Below, piece by piece: positions 1 through 12,750 of a DNA stretch of 64,000 nucleotides; positions within the stretch are counted from its first letter, which is position 1, and each line of letters starts with the position of its first letter. The position numbers and the translations under genes were made by a program. Origin of the DNA: Somniosus microcephalus (Eukaryota); assembly GCA_052327205.1 (NCBI GenBank), contig JBMRGM010000037.1, forward strand, positions 54,126,001-54,190,000. The letters run 5' to 3'. The notes under the pieces are model-generated. The model was not told the DNA's origin. It searched no databases and saw only the letters and a list, made by a program, of their open reading frames with translations.

Positions 1-1946
1 GAAGAAGCCCTAGAGGAGTATAAAAAGTGCAGGGGCATACTTAAAAAAGAAATTAGGAGGGCGAGGAGGGGCCATGAAATAACACTGGCGAGCAAAATAA
101 AGGAAAATCCTAAGATGTTTTATAAGTATATTAAGGGCAAGAGGATAACCAGGGAAAGGGTAGGGCCCATTAGGGACCAAAGTGGCAATCTGTGTGTAGA
201 GCCAGAGGATGTAGGCGGGGTTTTAAATGAATTTTTTGCATCTGTGTTCACTATGGAGAAAGACGATGCAGACATAGAAATCGGGCAAGGGGACTGTGAC
301 ATACTTGAACATATTAGCATCGAGAGGGAGGAGGTGCTAGCGGTTTTAGCGGGCCAAAAAGTGGATAAATCCCCAGGCCCGGACGAGATGTATCCCAGGC
401 TGCTGTGGGAGGCAAGGGAGGGGATTGCAGGGGCTCTGACACTAATTTTCAGAACCTCTCTGGCCACAGGGGATGTACCAGAGGACTGGAGAACAGCTAA
501 CGTAGTACCATTATTCAAGAAGGGTAGCAGGGATAAACCAGGGAATTACAGGCCAGTGAGTCTAACATCTGTGGTGGGGAAATTATTGGAAAAAATTCTG
601 AGGGACAAAATTAATCTCCACTTGGAGAGGCAACGATTAATCGGGGATAGTCAGCATGGCTTTGTCAAGGGTAAATCATGTCTAACAAATCTGATCGAAT
701 TTTTCGAGGGGCTGACTAGTGGGGTGGATGAGGGAAATGCTGTGGATGTGGTTTACATGGACTTCAGTAAAGCTTTTGACAAAGTCCCGCATAGGAGACT
801 GGTCAAGAAGGTAAGAGCCCATGGGATCCAGGGTGCCTTGGCGCGTTGGATCCTAAACTGGCTGAGTGGCAGGAGGCAGAGGGTGATGGTCGAAGGTTGC
901 TTTTGTGACTGGAAGCCTGTGTCCAGTGGGGTACCTCAGGGATCGGTGCTGGGTCCCTTATTGTTTGTGATCTACATAAATGATTTGGATGAAAATGTAA
1001 AAGGTATGATCAGTAAGTTCGCAGATGACACGAAAATTGGTGGGGTGGTAAATTGCGAGGAGGAAAGCCTCCGGCTACAGGACGATATAAACGGGTTGGT
1101 CAGATGGGCGGAAAAGTGGCAAATGGAATTTAACCCTGAAAAGTGCGAGGTGATGCATTTTGGACGGACAAATAAGGCAAGGGAATACACAATGAGTGGT
1201 AGGACCCTAGGAAGTACAGAGGGTCAGAGGGACCTTGGTGTACATGTACATAGATCCCTGAAGGCAGCGGAGCAGGTAGATAAGGTGGTTAAAAAGGCAT
1301 ATGGGATACTTGCCTTCATTAGCCGAGGCATAGAATATAAGAGCAGGGAGGTTATGATGGAGCTGCACAAAACGCTGGTGAGGCCACAGCTGGAGTACTG
1401 TGTGCAGTTCTGGTCGCCTCACTATAGGAAGGATGTGATTGCTTTGGAGAGGGTGCAGAGAAGATTCACCAGGATGTTACCTGGGATGGAGCGCCTCAGC
1501 TTTGAAGAGAGGCTGGACAGGCTGGAGTTGTTTTCCTTGGAGCAGAGAAGGCTGAGGGGGGACCTGATTGAGGTGTACAAAATAATGAGGGGCATAGATA
1601 GGGTAGATAAAGAGGAACTTTTCCCCTTAGTGGGGGGGTCAATAACAAGGGGGCATAGATTCAGGGTAAGGGGCAGGAGATTTAGAGGGGATTTGAGGAG
1701 GAACTTTTTCACCCAGAGGGTGGTTGGAATGTGGAACTCAATGCCTGAAAGGGTGGTGGAGGCAGGAACCCTCACAACATTCAAGAAGCATTTGGATGAG
1801 CACTTGAAATGCCATTGCATACAAGGCTATGGACCAAATGCTGGAAAATGGGATTAGGCTGGACAGGGATGGATGGGCGGCGCAGACACGATGGGCTGAA
1901 GGGCCTCTTTCTGTGCTGTAAAACTCTATGACTCTATGACTCTATG
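1..1946 (+). mobile_element. CR1-clade LINE, 3' part: uninterrupted ORF2 reverse transcriptase (to stop at 1857), 3' UTR and (ACTCTATG)n tail
   Basis: 580-aa ORF with CR1 RT motifs (PGPD, NYRPVSLTS, DFSKAFDKV, SGVPQGSVLGP, KFADD, RRLRGDLI). Tail of 8-bp repeats at 1923-1946. The copy runs off the window start. Confidence 0.95.
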
Positions 1947-1947
1947 A

Positions 1948-2070
1948 AAGGCTAGAGGAACTGAATGGCCTCCTCCTATTTCTATGTAACAGGCTCTAGC
2001 GGGGTGAATGGCCTCCTCTGGTTCCTATATAACAAGCTGGAGGGGCTTAATGGCATCCTCCTGTTCCTGA
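1948..2070 (+). repeat. About 3 copies of a ~42-bp unit derived from a CR1-type 3' end
   Basis: Repeated 'gaatggcctcctc..gttcctat.taaca.gct.gagggg'. Same unit as the array at 51078-51483. Confidence 0.7.
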
Positions 2071-2189
2071 TAAATAAGAAAGAAAGAAAGAGAGAAACAA
2101 AGAAAGAAACAAAGAAAGACTTGCTTTTCTACATCGCCTTTCACGTCCTTAGGAAGTCCCAAAGCGATTGTGTAGCACTGTAAACTCTG

Positions 2190-2610
2190 ACTCCGATGCT
2201 TTTTAGTTTAACTGTAACTCAAGACTTGGACATAGAAATCTGACGAACACTCCATTGCAGTTCTGAGGGAGCGCGTCGCTGTCGACGGTGACGGCTTTCG
2301 GATGAGACATTAAACCGAGACCCCCTCTGCTCTGGCAGGAGGACGTAAAAGATCCCAGGGCCACTATTACAAAGACACGCAGGGGAGTTCTCCCCAGTGA
2401 CCTAACCAACTTCAACCAACATCAGTAACAAAACTGATTATCTACTCCTTCTCACATTGCTACTTCTGGGAGCTTGCCGTGTTCAAATTGTCTGCCACGT
2501 TTTCTAAATTGCCAAAGTGACTGCAATTCAAAAACTGTTCCCTTGGCAGTACAGCGCCATGGGACGTCGTGAGACCGTGAAAGGGACGATAGAAATTCAA
2601 GTGTTTCTTG
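2190..2610 (+). mobile_element. DeuSINE (SacSINE1/AmnSINE-like) copy
   Basis: Deu-domain-like 'ctgagggagcg..ctgtcg..gg..ctttcggatgagacattaaaccgag' and an L2-like tail. Similar copies at 9690, 14975, 24950, 32830 and 39640. Confidence 0.7.
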
Positions 2611-3297
2611 CTTGGAAGATGCAATGCTCTCTGGCTTAACTATTCCCAGTGGTAAATTATTCCCTTTTGCAAGTTACTATTGAATCTGCTTCCACCACTC
2701 TTCAACTCTTCAGGCATTGCATGGCAGACCACAACAATTCGTTGTGAATAAAAATGATTTGCCTAATATTCCCTCTGATTCTGTCGTAAATTACGTGAAA
2801 TCGTGTCCTCTGGTTAGACGGTTCTGCCGCTGAAAACAGTTTTTCCTTATTTACTCTATCAAAAGTCTTCATGATGTTGAACATCTCCAATAAATCTCCT
2901 CTTAATCTTCTCTGCTCGAAGGAGGACAATCCCAGCTTCTCCTGTCTCTCCACGTAACTGAAGTCCCTCAACCCTGGTACCATTCTGGTAAATCTCCTCT
3001 TAACCTTTTCTGTTCTGCGGTGGACAATCCCAGCTTCTCCAGTCTCTCCACATAACATATATTTCCAGAAAGCATATATATGTCAAGCGTTCCACACTTC
3101 CTGAAACTCCAGAACACTAACAAATTGCAATGATACGAATCACCCTGCCATAGAAAATAAATTCTGCAACTTCAATAATTCCCTCACGGTGGAAAATACA
3201 ATATGTAAATAGCTCATCCTATGCCTTTATTATTCTTAAATTTACACCTCTGAAACAACCGGCATAAACGAGGGGAAGTTCGATTGGACACTCATGC

Positions 3298-3307
3298 AAT
3301 GACGTCA
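3298..3307 (+). promoter_or_regulatory. TRBV promoter CRE/decamer (AATGACGTCA)
   Basis: Perfect TGACGTCA ~90 bp upstream of the V1 leader ATG. TRBV promoters carry a CRE-like decamer at about this position. Confidence 0.7.
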
Positions 3308-3398
3308 TTACGCACCCAACCAGAAAACGAGGCGTAGATTGCATAATTGCCCAGAGGGTGAAAGCGGAGCAAAGAAGTGAGGTGGAAGTTCCGGAACC

Positions 3399-4623
3399 AT
3401 GCTGTACACTGTTTACGTATCTGCAGCGCTGCTGTTTCTCCCAGGTAATTGTTTATATTTGTAACGCAATTTGGGCCCGGTTTAATCTGGTAATTTAAAT
3501 TCGTGTTGCTGAACATACATAAGAACATAAGAAATAAGAGCAGGAATAGGCACTTGGACCCTCGAGCCTGCGCCGCCAATCAATAAGATCATGGCTGATC
3601 TTGGGCTTAAAGCTCAATTATACTCCAATTAGTTAGATCATTTAAAGGATTTATTTTTATTTTACGCAGCAAGCTATTAGGATCTGGAATGTACTGCCTG
3701 AGAGGGTGGAGGAAACCGATTCAATAGTAGCATTCAAAAGACAATTGGATAAATAGCTAAAGGGGAACATTTTGCAGGGCTATGGGGACTATTCGGAAAG
3801 TTCATTCAAAGAGACAGCACAGTTACATGGGCGAAATGGTCTCCTTCACTGCTGTATCACTCTCTGATCCTCCAAATTCATTATATGATGGCCTAACTAT
3901 TTATTATGTTCCTTAATATATGTAACTTGACTTGTCGCTTCCCCTTCACCTGAAGGTTGGACAGGCTTCGGTAGCAGGTCTCGGTATATTGCCCATGTGA
4001 GGACATAGAAGCCAACAATCTCCGTCGACTGGTTGATACTGCAAAGCATTGCAAAGGAGCCAGACATCGCGGCGCAAATATGGGAGGCTAGCTGACATTT
4101 GTCCTCCCCAGCAATTGGGGCTCTGAGTCCAACTGTAGCGATTTAGCCCCACTCCAGTTGTGCTCCGCTGATACTGGGCGTCCACAGAGGACGAATCTGT
4201 ATTTTGGCTCAGTGAGCTGATCGACCGTGGTGTGCATCGCGTGCTTTGACAGAAAATGGCTCCCTATCCTTATAGCTCCTGTTTATATTTGATTCGATCT
4301 GTTTCTCCTCTTCCTCTGTAGCCCCTTGCAGGAGCGGTCTCGTTTCCCAGTGGTGGAAACATTTGTCAGTTGGAGCGGGGCGCACGGCAGAAATGCACTG
4401 CTACCAGAACGACTCAAGCGATACCTACATGCACTGGTACCAGCAGCAGAGCGGGGCAGGGTTGCAGCTCATAGCGACCTCGATTGGCACCTCTGACCCA
4501 ACGCCTGAAGACGATTTCAAGGAAAGATTTCAAGTCACCAGGCCCGATATTCAGTCCTGCAGCCTGAAAATTCTGAGTGTCGAATCGACTGACACGGCGA
4601 GGTATTACTGCGCTGCTGGTGAT
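3399..4623 (+). CDS. TRBV: TCR beta V gene V1 (leader exon 3399-3444, V exon 4322-4623)
   Basis: Leader MLYTVYVSAALLFLP, phase-1 GT..AG intron. V domain with C23 (MHC), WYQQ and DTARYYCAAGD. RSS: CACAGTG 4624-4630, 23-bp spacer, TCAAAAACA 4654-4662. Confidence 0.93.
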
Positions 4624-5814
4624 CACAGTGATTCAAACAGGTGTTGGGCTGGATCAAAAACATACCAGCCTGTAACACTGTGCCGAAACTTCCGAAAACT
4701 CAGTTAAGTAGCAGTTGATTCCTGAAACTTTAATCCGTTTTCGGGTGACATTAGCGTGCTAAATATAGACAGTTTTATTGAGTTAAAGCGGAATCTATTT
4801 CTCGGCCTCAGATCCACGGAGTGATTGATCCAAATTATGTACATCCCAGAATGAATCCTGGGCTAAGATACGAGGATAGATTGCAAAGACTAGGCATAAT
4901 TCCCTCGTGTATAGAAGGTTCAAGGTTTATCCGATCGAGACTTTTTAAGATGTTTAAAGAGTTGAAATGCTCTAAGAGCATAAAAAATAGGAGCAGGTGT
5001 TGGCCTTTCGGCCCCTAGAGCCTGCTGCGCCATTCAATAAGATCATGACTGATCCTTTACCTCAACTCCACTTTCCTGCCCGATCCTCATATCCCGTGCT
5101 TCCCTTAATATCTCTGTCTTAAATATGCTCAACGACTGAGTCTCCACAGCCGTCTGGGGTAGAGAATTCCAAAGATTTACCACCTTCTGAGTGAAGAAGT
5201 TTCTCCTCATCTTAGTCCTAAATGGCCGACTCCTTATTCTGAGACTGTGAGCCCTGGTTCTAGACTCCCCATCCAGGGGAAACAACCGGCACAATTTGGG
5301 TGTAACAATATTGGAGTTACGCCGTTCCGGGGTGATGTCAGGAAGCATTTCTTCACACAAAGGGCAGTGGAAATCTGGAACTCTCCCCTACAAAAACGCG
5401 ATCGAGTTTGCCGGCAGTGTCGGTCAATTGAAAATTTCAAAGCTGTGATTGGTTGATTTCTCTACGGTAAGGCTATTATATGTTGCAGAACCAAGGTGGG
5501 TAGGTAGAGTTACGATACAGATCAGCCATGATCTAATTTAATTGCTCGAGGGGGTGAATGGCCGACTCATGCCCCTATATTCCCACATGTTCGGAGCCAA
5601 TGAGATAAATCAACTGGGTCACTTTATTACATCGATAGGTAATACAAGCACGTTATAAATCTACACGCTTACTAATATCAATTGGTTCATCCAAGTACTA
5701 AACAACGCAGGCAACCATTTAGCTGGAACACCAAAGAAGCTCCCTAAGTGCGCCTATTTGTGTACATAGATAGACAATGTCATTTGACGTGCTCCAGGCC
5801 TATCTATCCTAACG

Positions 5815-6766
5815 TTGTTGTCATGTAATGTCTCTAAGCTTGCAGACGACACAAAGCTGGGTGGGCGTGTGTGCTGTGAGGAGGATCCCGAGAAACTCCA
5901 GTATGATTTGGACAGGTTGGGTGATTGGGCAGATGCATGGCAGATGCAGTATAATGTCGATAAGTGCGAGGTTATCCATTTTGGTGGCAAAAACAGGAAG
6001 GCAGATTATTATCTGAACGGCGATAGAATGGGAGAAGGGGAAGTGCAACGAGACCTGGGTGTCCTTGAGCTCCAGTCGCTGAAGGTAAGCATGCAGGTGC
6101 GGCAGGCGGTTAAGAAGGCAAATGGTATGTTGGCCTTCATAGCGAGAGGATTCGAGTACAGTAGCAAGGATGTCTTGCTGCAGTTGTACAGGGCCTTAGC
6201 GTGACCACACCTTGAGTATTGTGTGCAGTTTTGGTCGCCTTATCTGAGAAGGATGTTCTTGCCATGGAGGGAGTGCAGCGAAGATTCACCAGACTAATAC
6301 CTGGGATGGCAGGAATGACGTATGAGGAGAGATTGGGTCGATTGGGCCTATATTCGGTGGAGTTTAGAAGAATGAGAGGGGGTCTCATTGAAACTTTTAA
6401 AATTCTAACAGGACTAGAGAGACTAGATGCAGGAAGGATGTTCCCGATGGTAGGGGAGTCCAGACCCAGGGGTCGCAGTCTAAAGATAAGGAGTAAGTCA
6501 TTTAGGACATGAGGAGGATTTTCTTCACACAGAGAGTGGTGGACCTATGGAATTCTCTACCACGAAATACAGTTGAGGCCAATTCATTAAATATATTCAA
6601 GAAGCAGTTAGATATATTTCTTAAGGCTAAAGGGATCAAGGACAATGGGGAGAAAGCAGGGACAGGGTACTGAATTTGGATGATCAGCCATGATCTCATT
6701 AAATGGCGGAGCAGGCTCGAGGGGCCGAATGGCCTACTCCTGCTCCTATCTTCTATGTTTCTATGT
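5815..6766 (+). mobile_element. 5'-truncated, frameshifted CR1 LINE
   Basis: SKLADDTKLGG..., QRRFTRLIPGM...; ends in a ctatgtttctatg tail. Confidence 0.9.
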
Positions 6767-6879
6767 GATCTTTATATGTGATATGCTACTACACCGGCAG
6801 ATGGCGATGTCTGCCCACATAATCTTCACTTCTCACTGGAATAATTTATGTTGAAGATATTTATTGCTTAAGAACTTAA

Positions 6880-7630
6880 AGCAATCGTTGGAGCAGGAGT
6901 AGACAATACGGCCCCCAAACTGCTCCGCCATTCAACAAGGTCATGGCTGATTTTCTACCTCGACTCCACTTTCCCGCCCGCTTCCCAAATCGTTTAATTA
7001 ACTGAGTGTCCAAACATTTATCCATCTCAGCGCTGAATATACTCAGCGATTGCGCATTCAATGGAGTCGGGAAGATATTTCTAAATATTCACAATGCTCT
7101 GAGCGCAGATAAATATCCTCATCTCAATTATAAATGGCCGACCCCTTATCCTGAGATTATGATCCCTAGTTTTAGACTCTCCAGCAGGGGAAACATCCTC
7201 TCAGCCTCTACCCTGTCAATCCCTTTAAGAATCGTATCCGTTTGAATGAGATCACCACTTATTCGTGTAAACTCCACAGAATATTATACCAATCTATTGA
7301 ATCTCTCATCATAGGACAATCCACTCATCGAAATAATTAACCTAGTGAACCTTGGTTGCTCCAAATCTAAGGCAGGTATATCCTTCCTTCGGTAAGGTGA
7401 CCAAAACCGTACACAGTATGCAGTGTGGTATAACCAAAGCCCTATATAATTGCAGCAAGACTTCCTTACACTTATACTCCAACCCCGTTGCAATAAAGGG
7501 TAACAAACCATTTGCCATCCTAATTGCTTGCTGTATCTGCAAATAAGTTTCTGCGATTCATGTAGAAGGAAACGCATATCCCTTTGAATGCCAACGTCTC
7601 TCACCTTTTAAAAATATTCTGCTTTTCAAT
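6880..7630 (-). mobile_element. Degraded CR1 LINE 3' fragment
   Basis: Minus-strand remnants [23 protein letters not shown] and YCVRFWSPY. Confidence 0.8.
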
Positions 7631-7829
7631 GGCATTAAATCACACCTCCTTAGCATTCTCCTGCCGAATCAGAACAACCTTATCTAAATCATAAGTTGGC
7701 CTGGATCAAACGGAATAGCTTATCATAATAGGAAGATATGATATTGAATTTACAGCAAAGAGAAAGACCATTCGGCCGAACTGGTGTGTGTCGGTTTTTA
7801 TGCTCCAGACGAGCCTCCTCCGACCCTAC

Positions 7830-8706
7830 AACAATAGCAAAAAACTGCGGATGCAGAAAATCTGAAATAACAGTAAGTGTTGGAAACACTCAGCAGGCCA
7901 GGCAGCATCCGTGGAGAGAGAGACAGAGTTAACGTTGCAGGTCTGTGACCCATCGTCAGAAGTGGAAAAAGTTAGAGTTGTAACAGGTTCTAAGCAGGTT
8001 CAGCGGCAGGGAAAGGGGGAGGGGAAGAGAGAACAAAGGGGAGGCTAGGGTGGAAGGCGGGAGTGGTTGAATTTTGCAAATGGGGATGGCAGAATCAGCA
8101 ACAGCTGCCATGTGGAAAACTGGGGCAGGAGTAATAGCCTGAAATCGTTATAGTCTGAAATTGTTGAACTCAATTTGAATCCAAAAGTTTGTAAAGTGCC
8201 TAATCGAATGGTGAGGTGCTGTTCCTCGAGCTTACATTGAGCTTCATTGGAACAGTGTAAGAGGCCGAGGACAGAGAGGTCAGAGTGGGAGTGGAGCGGA
8301 GAATTAAAGTGACAAGCTACCGGAAACTCGGGGTCACACTGACAGAATGAACGGAGATGTTTCGCAAAGTGATCACCCAATCTGCGTTTGGTCTCCCCAA
8401 TGTAGAGGAGACCGCATTGTGGGCAGCAAATATGGTATACTCAACTGCAAAAAGTACAAGTGCTTCGCTGTTTCAACTGAAAGGGGTGTTTGGGGCACTG
8501 GACAGTGGGAAGAGAGGAGAGTTGCATCTCCTGTGCTTGCATGGGAAGGTGCCGTGGGGAGGGGAGAGGCTGTTGTGGGTGATTGAGGAGTGGACCAGGG
8601 TGCTGCACAGGGAGTGGTCCCTTCAGAATGCTGAAAGAGGAGGTGAGCGGCAGATGTATTTGGTGGTGGGATCACGCTGGATGTGGCGGAAATGGCGGAG
8701 GATGAT
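7830..8706 (-). mobile_element. Penelope-like retroelement fragment (GIY-YIG endonuclease C-terminal part)
   Basis: ORF 8045-8380 'GDHFAKHLRS..PVACHFNS..HS..D..VLGLLHC..KLEEQHL..RLGTLQ..G' fits the Penelope GIY-YIG region. Flanked by 13-bp direct repeats cctcc(g/t)accctac at 7817-7829 and 8707-8719. Confidence 0.8.
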
Positions 8707-9334
8707 CCTCCTACCCTACTTCATCTCAACCTATCAACAGATCAATGAATAGTGACTTCTCTATATTTTTGCCCATTTCTTTCATATTATACACTATCCT
8801 TCACTGTCTAGTTACCCAAACACCCGTGCAGCCCCCAGGTAACAATAGGGCGCCTGTTCATCTAGTGTTTATTCTGCAACTCCAGCTCTGTCCTTTGACA
8901 GAGCACACTTTTGACCCGATCATGCAACCTACTCTACGCATTGAATTACACATAAGGACTTGTACTCATCTCCCACACAAGTCATGTGGGTGCGTACATA
9001 TCTGAATCTGAGACATCATCCTCAGTTTGTGAAATGCTTCGGAATTTAGATCAGAAGGAATGTAAGAAGGCGGATAGGAAAATCCTAATTAAAACCATAC
9101 ATCAACAACACTTCACTCTCAGGCAGCCGTGCATCAAATGCTGGTAGAAATCTAACTATTTGAATCAAGCTTGTGCCAGTATTGTTGATTTCCGCTCTGT
9201 TACATTCAGGCAGTACTATTCCTGATGTCATTTCCGGCTAGAGCTTCCTACTTTTCACGCTATGCTCAACAATCAGCGCCACTTTCTGTATCCCTTTCTC
9301 ACTGACAGACGATATTTTGGGTTTCCCCAGAAGG

Positions 9335-10463
9335 ATGTCACTGAATGTCCTGCTCTTTGCTTTTACATTGATGATGCCATGTAAGCTAACGTCAAAACGT
9401 TCTTCTGGTTCTATTTAACCTTACTTTCGTTAAGTAATGTATTCATGAGCAGTATGTAATTATGTTACCCTTCGTGGTACCCTTTATATATAAATAGGTA
9501 TTCAGATTTTTATATACAGTTAATTCGTTAAATTATCGGTATATATTCTGCCAGGTAATAATTCATCCATGTCGCTTTCAATATTTTTCACTGATTTGGT
9601 GTTATGTTTCTAACTTACCATTGCATTTATTTCTATTTGCGTTTGCTAGTAATTGCAAGCAGAATATCTCTGATTAAAGTTTGTATCTTGTCTCTGCGTC
9701 AGAAGGTTGCGGATTTAATGCAATTCCAGAGACCTGAGCACAACATCTAGGTTGACATCTCAGTGCAGTACTGAGGGAGTGCTGCAGTGTCGGAGGTGCC
9801 GTCTCTGGGATGAGACTTCAAAACTGAGGCCCAGTCTGTTCTCCAAGGTGGATGTCAAAGATCCCACTGACACTATTTGAAAAAGAGCAGGGTGGATCGC
9901 TCCAGTGTCCTGGCCAATAATTTTCCCTCTACCAACATTGCTGAACATAGGAGAGTAATTGGTCATCATCAAATTTCTGTCTGGGGAGCTGGCTGTGCTC
10001 AACTTGCCTACCGCGTTTCCGACATTACAATGATAAATATACTTCAAAAAGTAATTTGCTGTAAAGCGCTCTGAGATCGCGAAAGTTGCTGTATAAATGT
10101 TTCTTTCTAACTGCACACGAATCTCCTTTCTTCCTCACTCCGACTGTTTTTCAGTCTCCGCAACGGGAGATGTGGTGCATCAGTGGCCCGGATCGATTGC
10201 TGTTGAACAGCAAGGAGCGGTCGAATTGAATTGTTTTCAGAATGACAGTGCTCGAACCTACATGTACTGGTATCGGCAATCCGCCCGAGCTGGATTCTTG
10301 TTAATAGGGTATTCTTATGGAGAAAACGGAGTTGAATATGAGACTGAGTTTAAGAAGGGATTTACCATCACTCGAACTATGAATGATAAGAAATCCAGTT
10401 TGAAGATCCTAAGCGTCGAATCCGCTGACGCAGCTGTGTATTACTGTGCTGCCGGTGATGGAG
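9335..10463 (+). CDS. TRBV: TCR beta V gene V2 (leader exon 9335-9380, V exon 10155-10463)
   Basis: Leader MSLNVLLFAFTLMMP|gtaagc. V exon ..VELNCFQ..MYWYRQ..DAAVYYCAAGDG. RSS: CACAGCG 10464-10470, 22-bp spacer, ACAAAAACC 10493-10501. CRE-like TGATGTCA at 9223-9230. Confidence 0.93.
9690..10110 (+). mobile_element. DeuSINE copy in the V2 leader intron
   Basis: tRNA-like head remnant, 'cagtgcagtactgagggagtgctgcagtgtcggaggtgccgtc' core, tail 'gctgtataaatgtttctttct'. Confidence 0.75.
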
Positions 10464-11784
10464 CACAGCGCAACAGATGGTTCATCGCCTTGACAAAAAC
10501 CGTTGCCGTGAAAAAAACTCATTTCCTGACACAATGCGTCACAAACTGGTTGCAGCATTCGAAAACACACTCTTTAAGTTTCCTTCAAATGTAGAGAAAA
10601 GCACGGGGATAGAAGAACATGGAAAGCAAGAAAAAATAAAAGAAAGAAAGGAGGGTAGAGTGAAAAAAGAGTGAAAGAAAGAGTGAAAGAAAGAAGAGTG
10701 AAAGAAGGAAAGGAAGGAAGGAAGAGTGACTGAAAGAGAAAAAGAGAGAAAAAAGAAAGAGTGAAAGAAAGAAAAATAGGAAGAAAGAATCCGATCCAAC
10801 AAAACCATCCCCCAAAAAGCACGTTGTCCCTCAAAATCATTATATGTAATCATAGTTCTAGGTTCCAGTTGTATATGTTGAACCTCGCTTCTACATCTTT
10901 AGCAATAGCTTCAAGAATTTCACTGTGCCAGCAAATATCTTGTCTGACGTACGTTGGTGTAGTGGTTATATTTCAACGGTAGTAATCCAGCAGTGTTTAA
11001 TCTGGAGTTCAAATGCCACCACGGCAGTTTGAGAAATTTGATTCAGTTATTTTAAAAATCTCCCATACCCGCAATCTCCAGCGCCTAGCAGTCACATGCG
11101 AAACGCGATCACCTCCAAGTTCCCGTCGAATTCACACACCATCCTGACTTGGACTTCAATCAGCTGTTCCTTCATCGTCGCTAGATCAGAATCCTGGAAC
11201 TCCCTCCCTAACAACAACGTGGGAGCACGTTCACCACAAGGACTGCAGCGGTTCAAGATGGCGGCTCAGCACCACCTTCTCGAGGGCAATTAGGGGTGGG
11301 CAATAAATGCTGGCCTTGCCAGCTACGCGCACATCCTGAAAATAGATTAATCACATGATTGAGATCTTTACGATTATAGAAGGATTTGAGAGAGTAGACA
11401 TGGAGAACATGTCTCCTCTTCTGAGGGTGTCTAAAACGAGGGTGGATAAATATAAATAGTCACAAATAAATCCAATAGGGATCTCAGGAGCAACTTCTTT
11501 ACTCAGAGAGCGGTTAGAATCTGGAACTCGCTACCACATGGAGTAGTGAAGGCGATTGCATAGATGCATTTTAGCGAAATCTATATAATACACGAGGCAG
11601 AAAATGATAAAATGATGTGCTGAGAGGGTTAGATGAAGAGCGGTGGATGAAGCAGTTGTGGAGCATAAACGCCGGTATAGACCAGTTGGGCCGAATGGCC
11701 AGTTTGTGTGCTGTAAATTCTTTGGGATTCCAAGTAATGAGCAAATTACCCGACTTTCATTCTGATATTTCCCTGATGAACGCA

Positions 11785-12600
11785 TTCATAGAGTCATAGA
11801 GTCATACCGGCACAGAAGGAAGCCATTCGGCCCATCGAGTCTGCGCAGGTTCTCTGTAGAGCAATCCAGTCAGTGCCATTCCCACGTACTATCCCCGTAA
11901 CCCTGCAAGTTTATTTCCCTCAAATGCCTCTCCAGTCTCCCCTTGAAAACATTGAGTGTCTCCGCTTCCACCACTTCCATTGGCAGTGAAATACAGGTCC
12001 TCATCAATCGCATTAAAAAAAATTCTCACATCCCCCCCTTGTATCTCTTGCCCAAAACCTGAAATCTGTGTCCCCCTACTCCTTAAACCATCAACTAATG
12101 GGAACAGCCTTTCCCGGTCTAGCCTATCCAAACCTGTCATAATCTTGTACACCTCTATCAAATCACCCCTCAACTTCCTTAACTCCAATGAAAACAAATC
12201 CAGCTTCTCCAACCTGTCCTTTTAGCTAAGATCCCCCACCCCCAGAGCCATTCTGGTCAATCTCCTCTGCACCCTCTCAAGGGCCTACCCATCCTTCCTA
12301 AATTGTGGTGACTAGAACTGGACGCAATACTCCAGTTGTGGCCTAACCAGCACTTTATAAAGGTTCAGCATAACTTCTCTACTTTTGTACTGAACACCTC
12401 TATTTATGAAGCCCAAGATCCCTAGGCTTTGCCAACAACCCTCTCAATATGTCCTGCCCACTTCAGGGACCTATGCACATTAACTCCCAGGTCCCTCGGT
12501 CCCTGCACTCTCTTTAAAACTGTGCCATTAAGTGTATATTGCCTCTTCGTGTTCCTTCTGCCAAAATGCTTCACCTCACACTTCTCTATTAAATTCCATC
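11785..12600 (-). mobile_element. CR1 LINE 3' fragment (duplicated at ~17540-22580, split by Harbinger, and at ~28000-28820)
   Basis: ORF 11889-12212 'LFSLELRKLRGDLIEVYKIMTGLDR'. Confidence 0.85.
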
Positions 12601-12750
12601 TACACCTGGTGTTAAGTATTATTGGTTGAGAATGCTATGACGCAATTTAATCACAACGCCCTTTATTTGAAACGTGACTTGATGCAGACTTCAACATTCA
12701 CGCTTTATATTTCGATCCTGTAACTATATATGCTTGTATTGAAATCTAAA

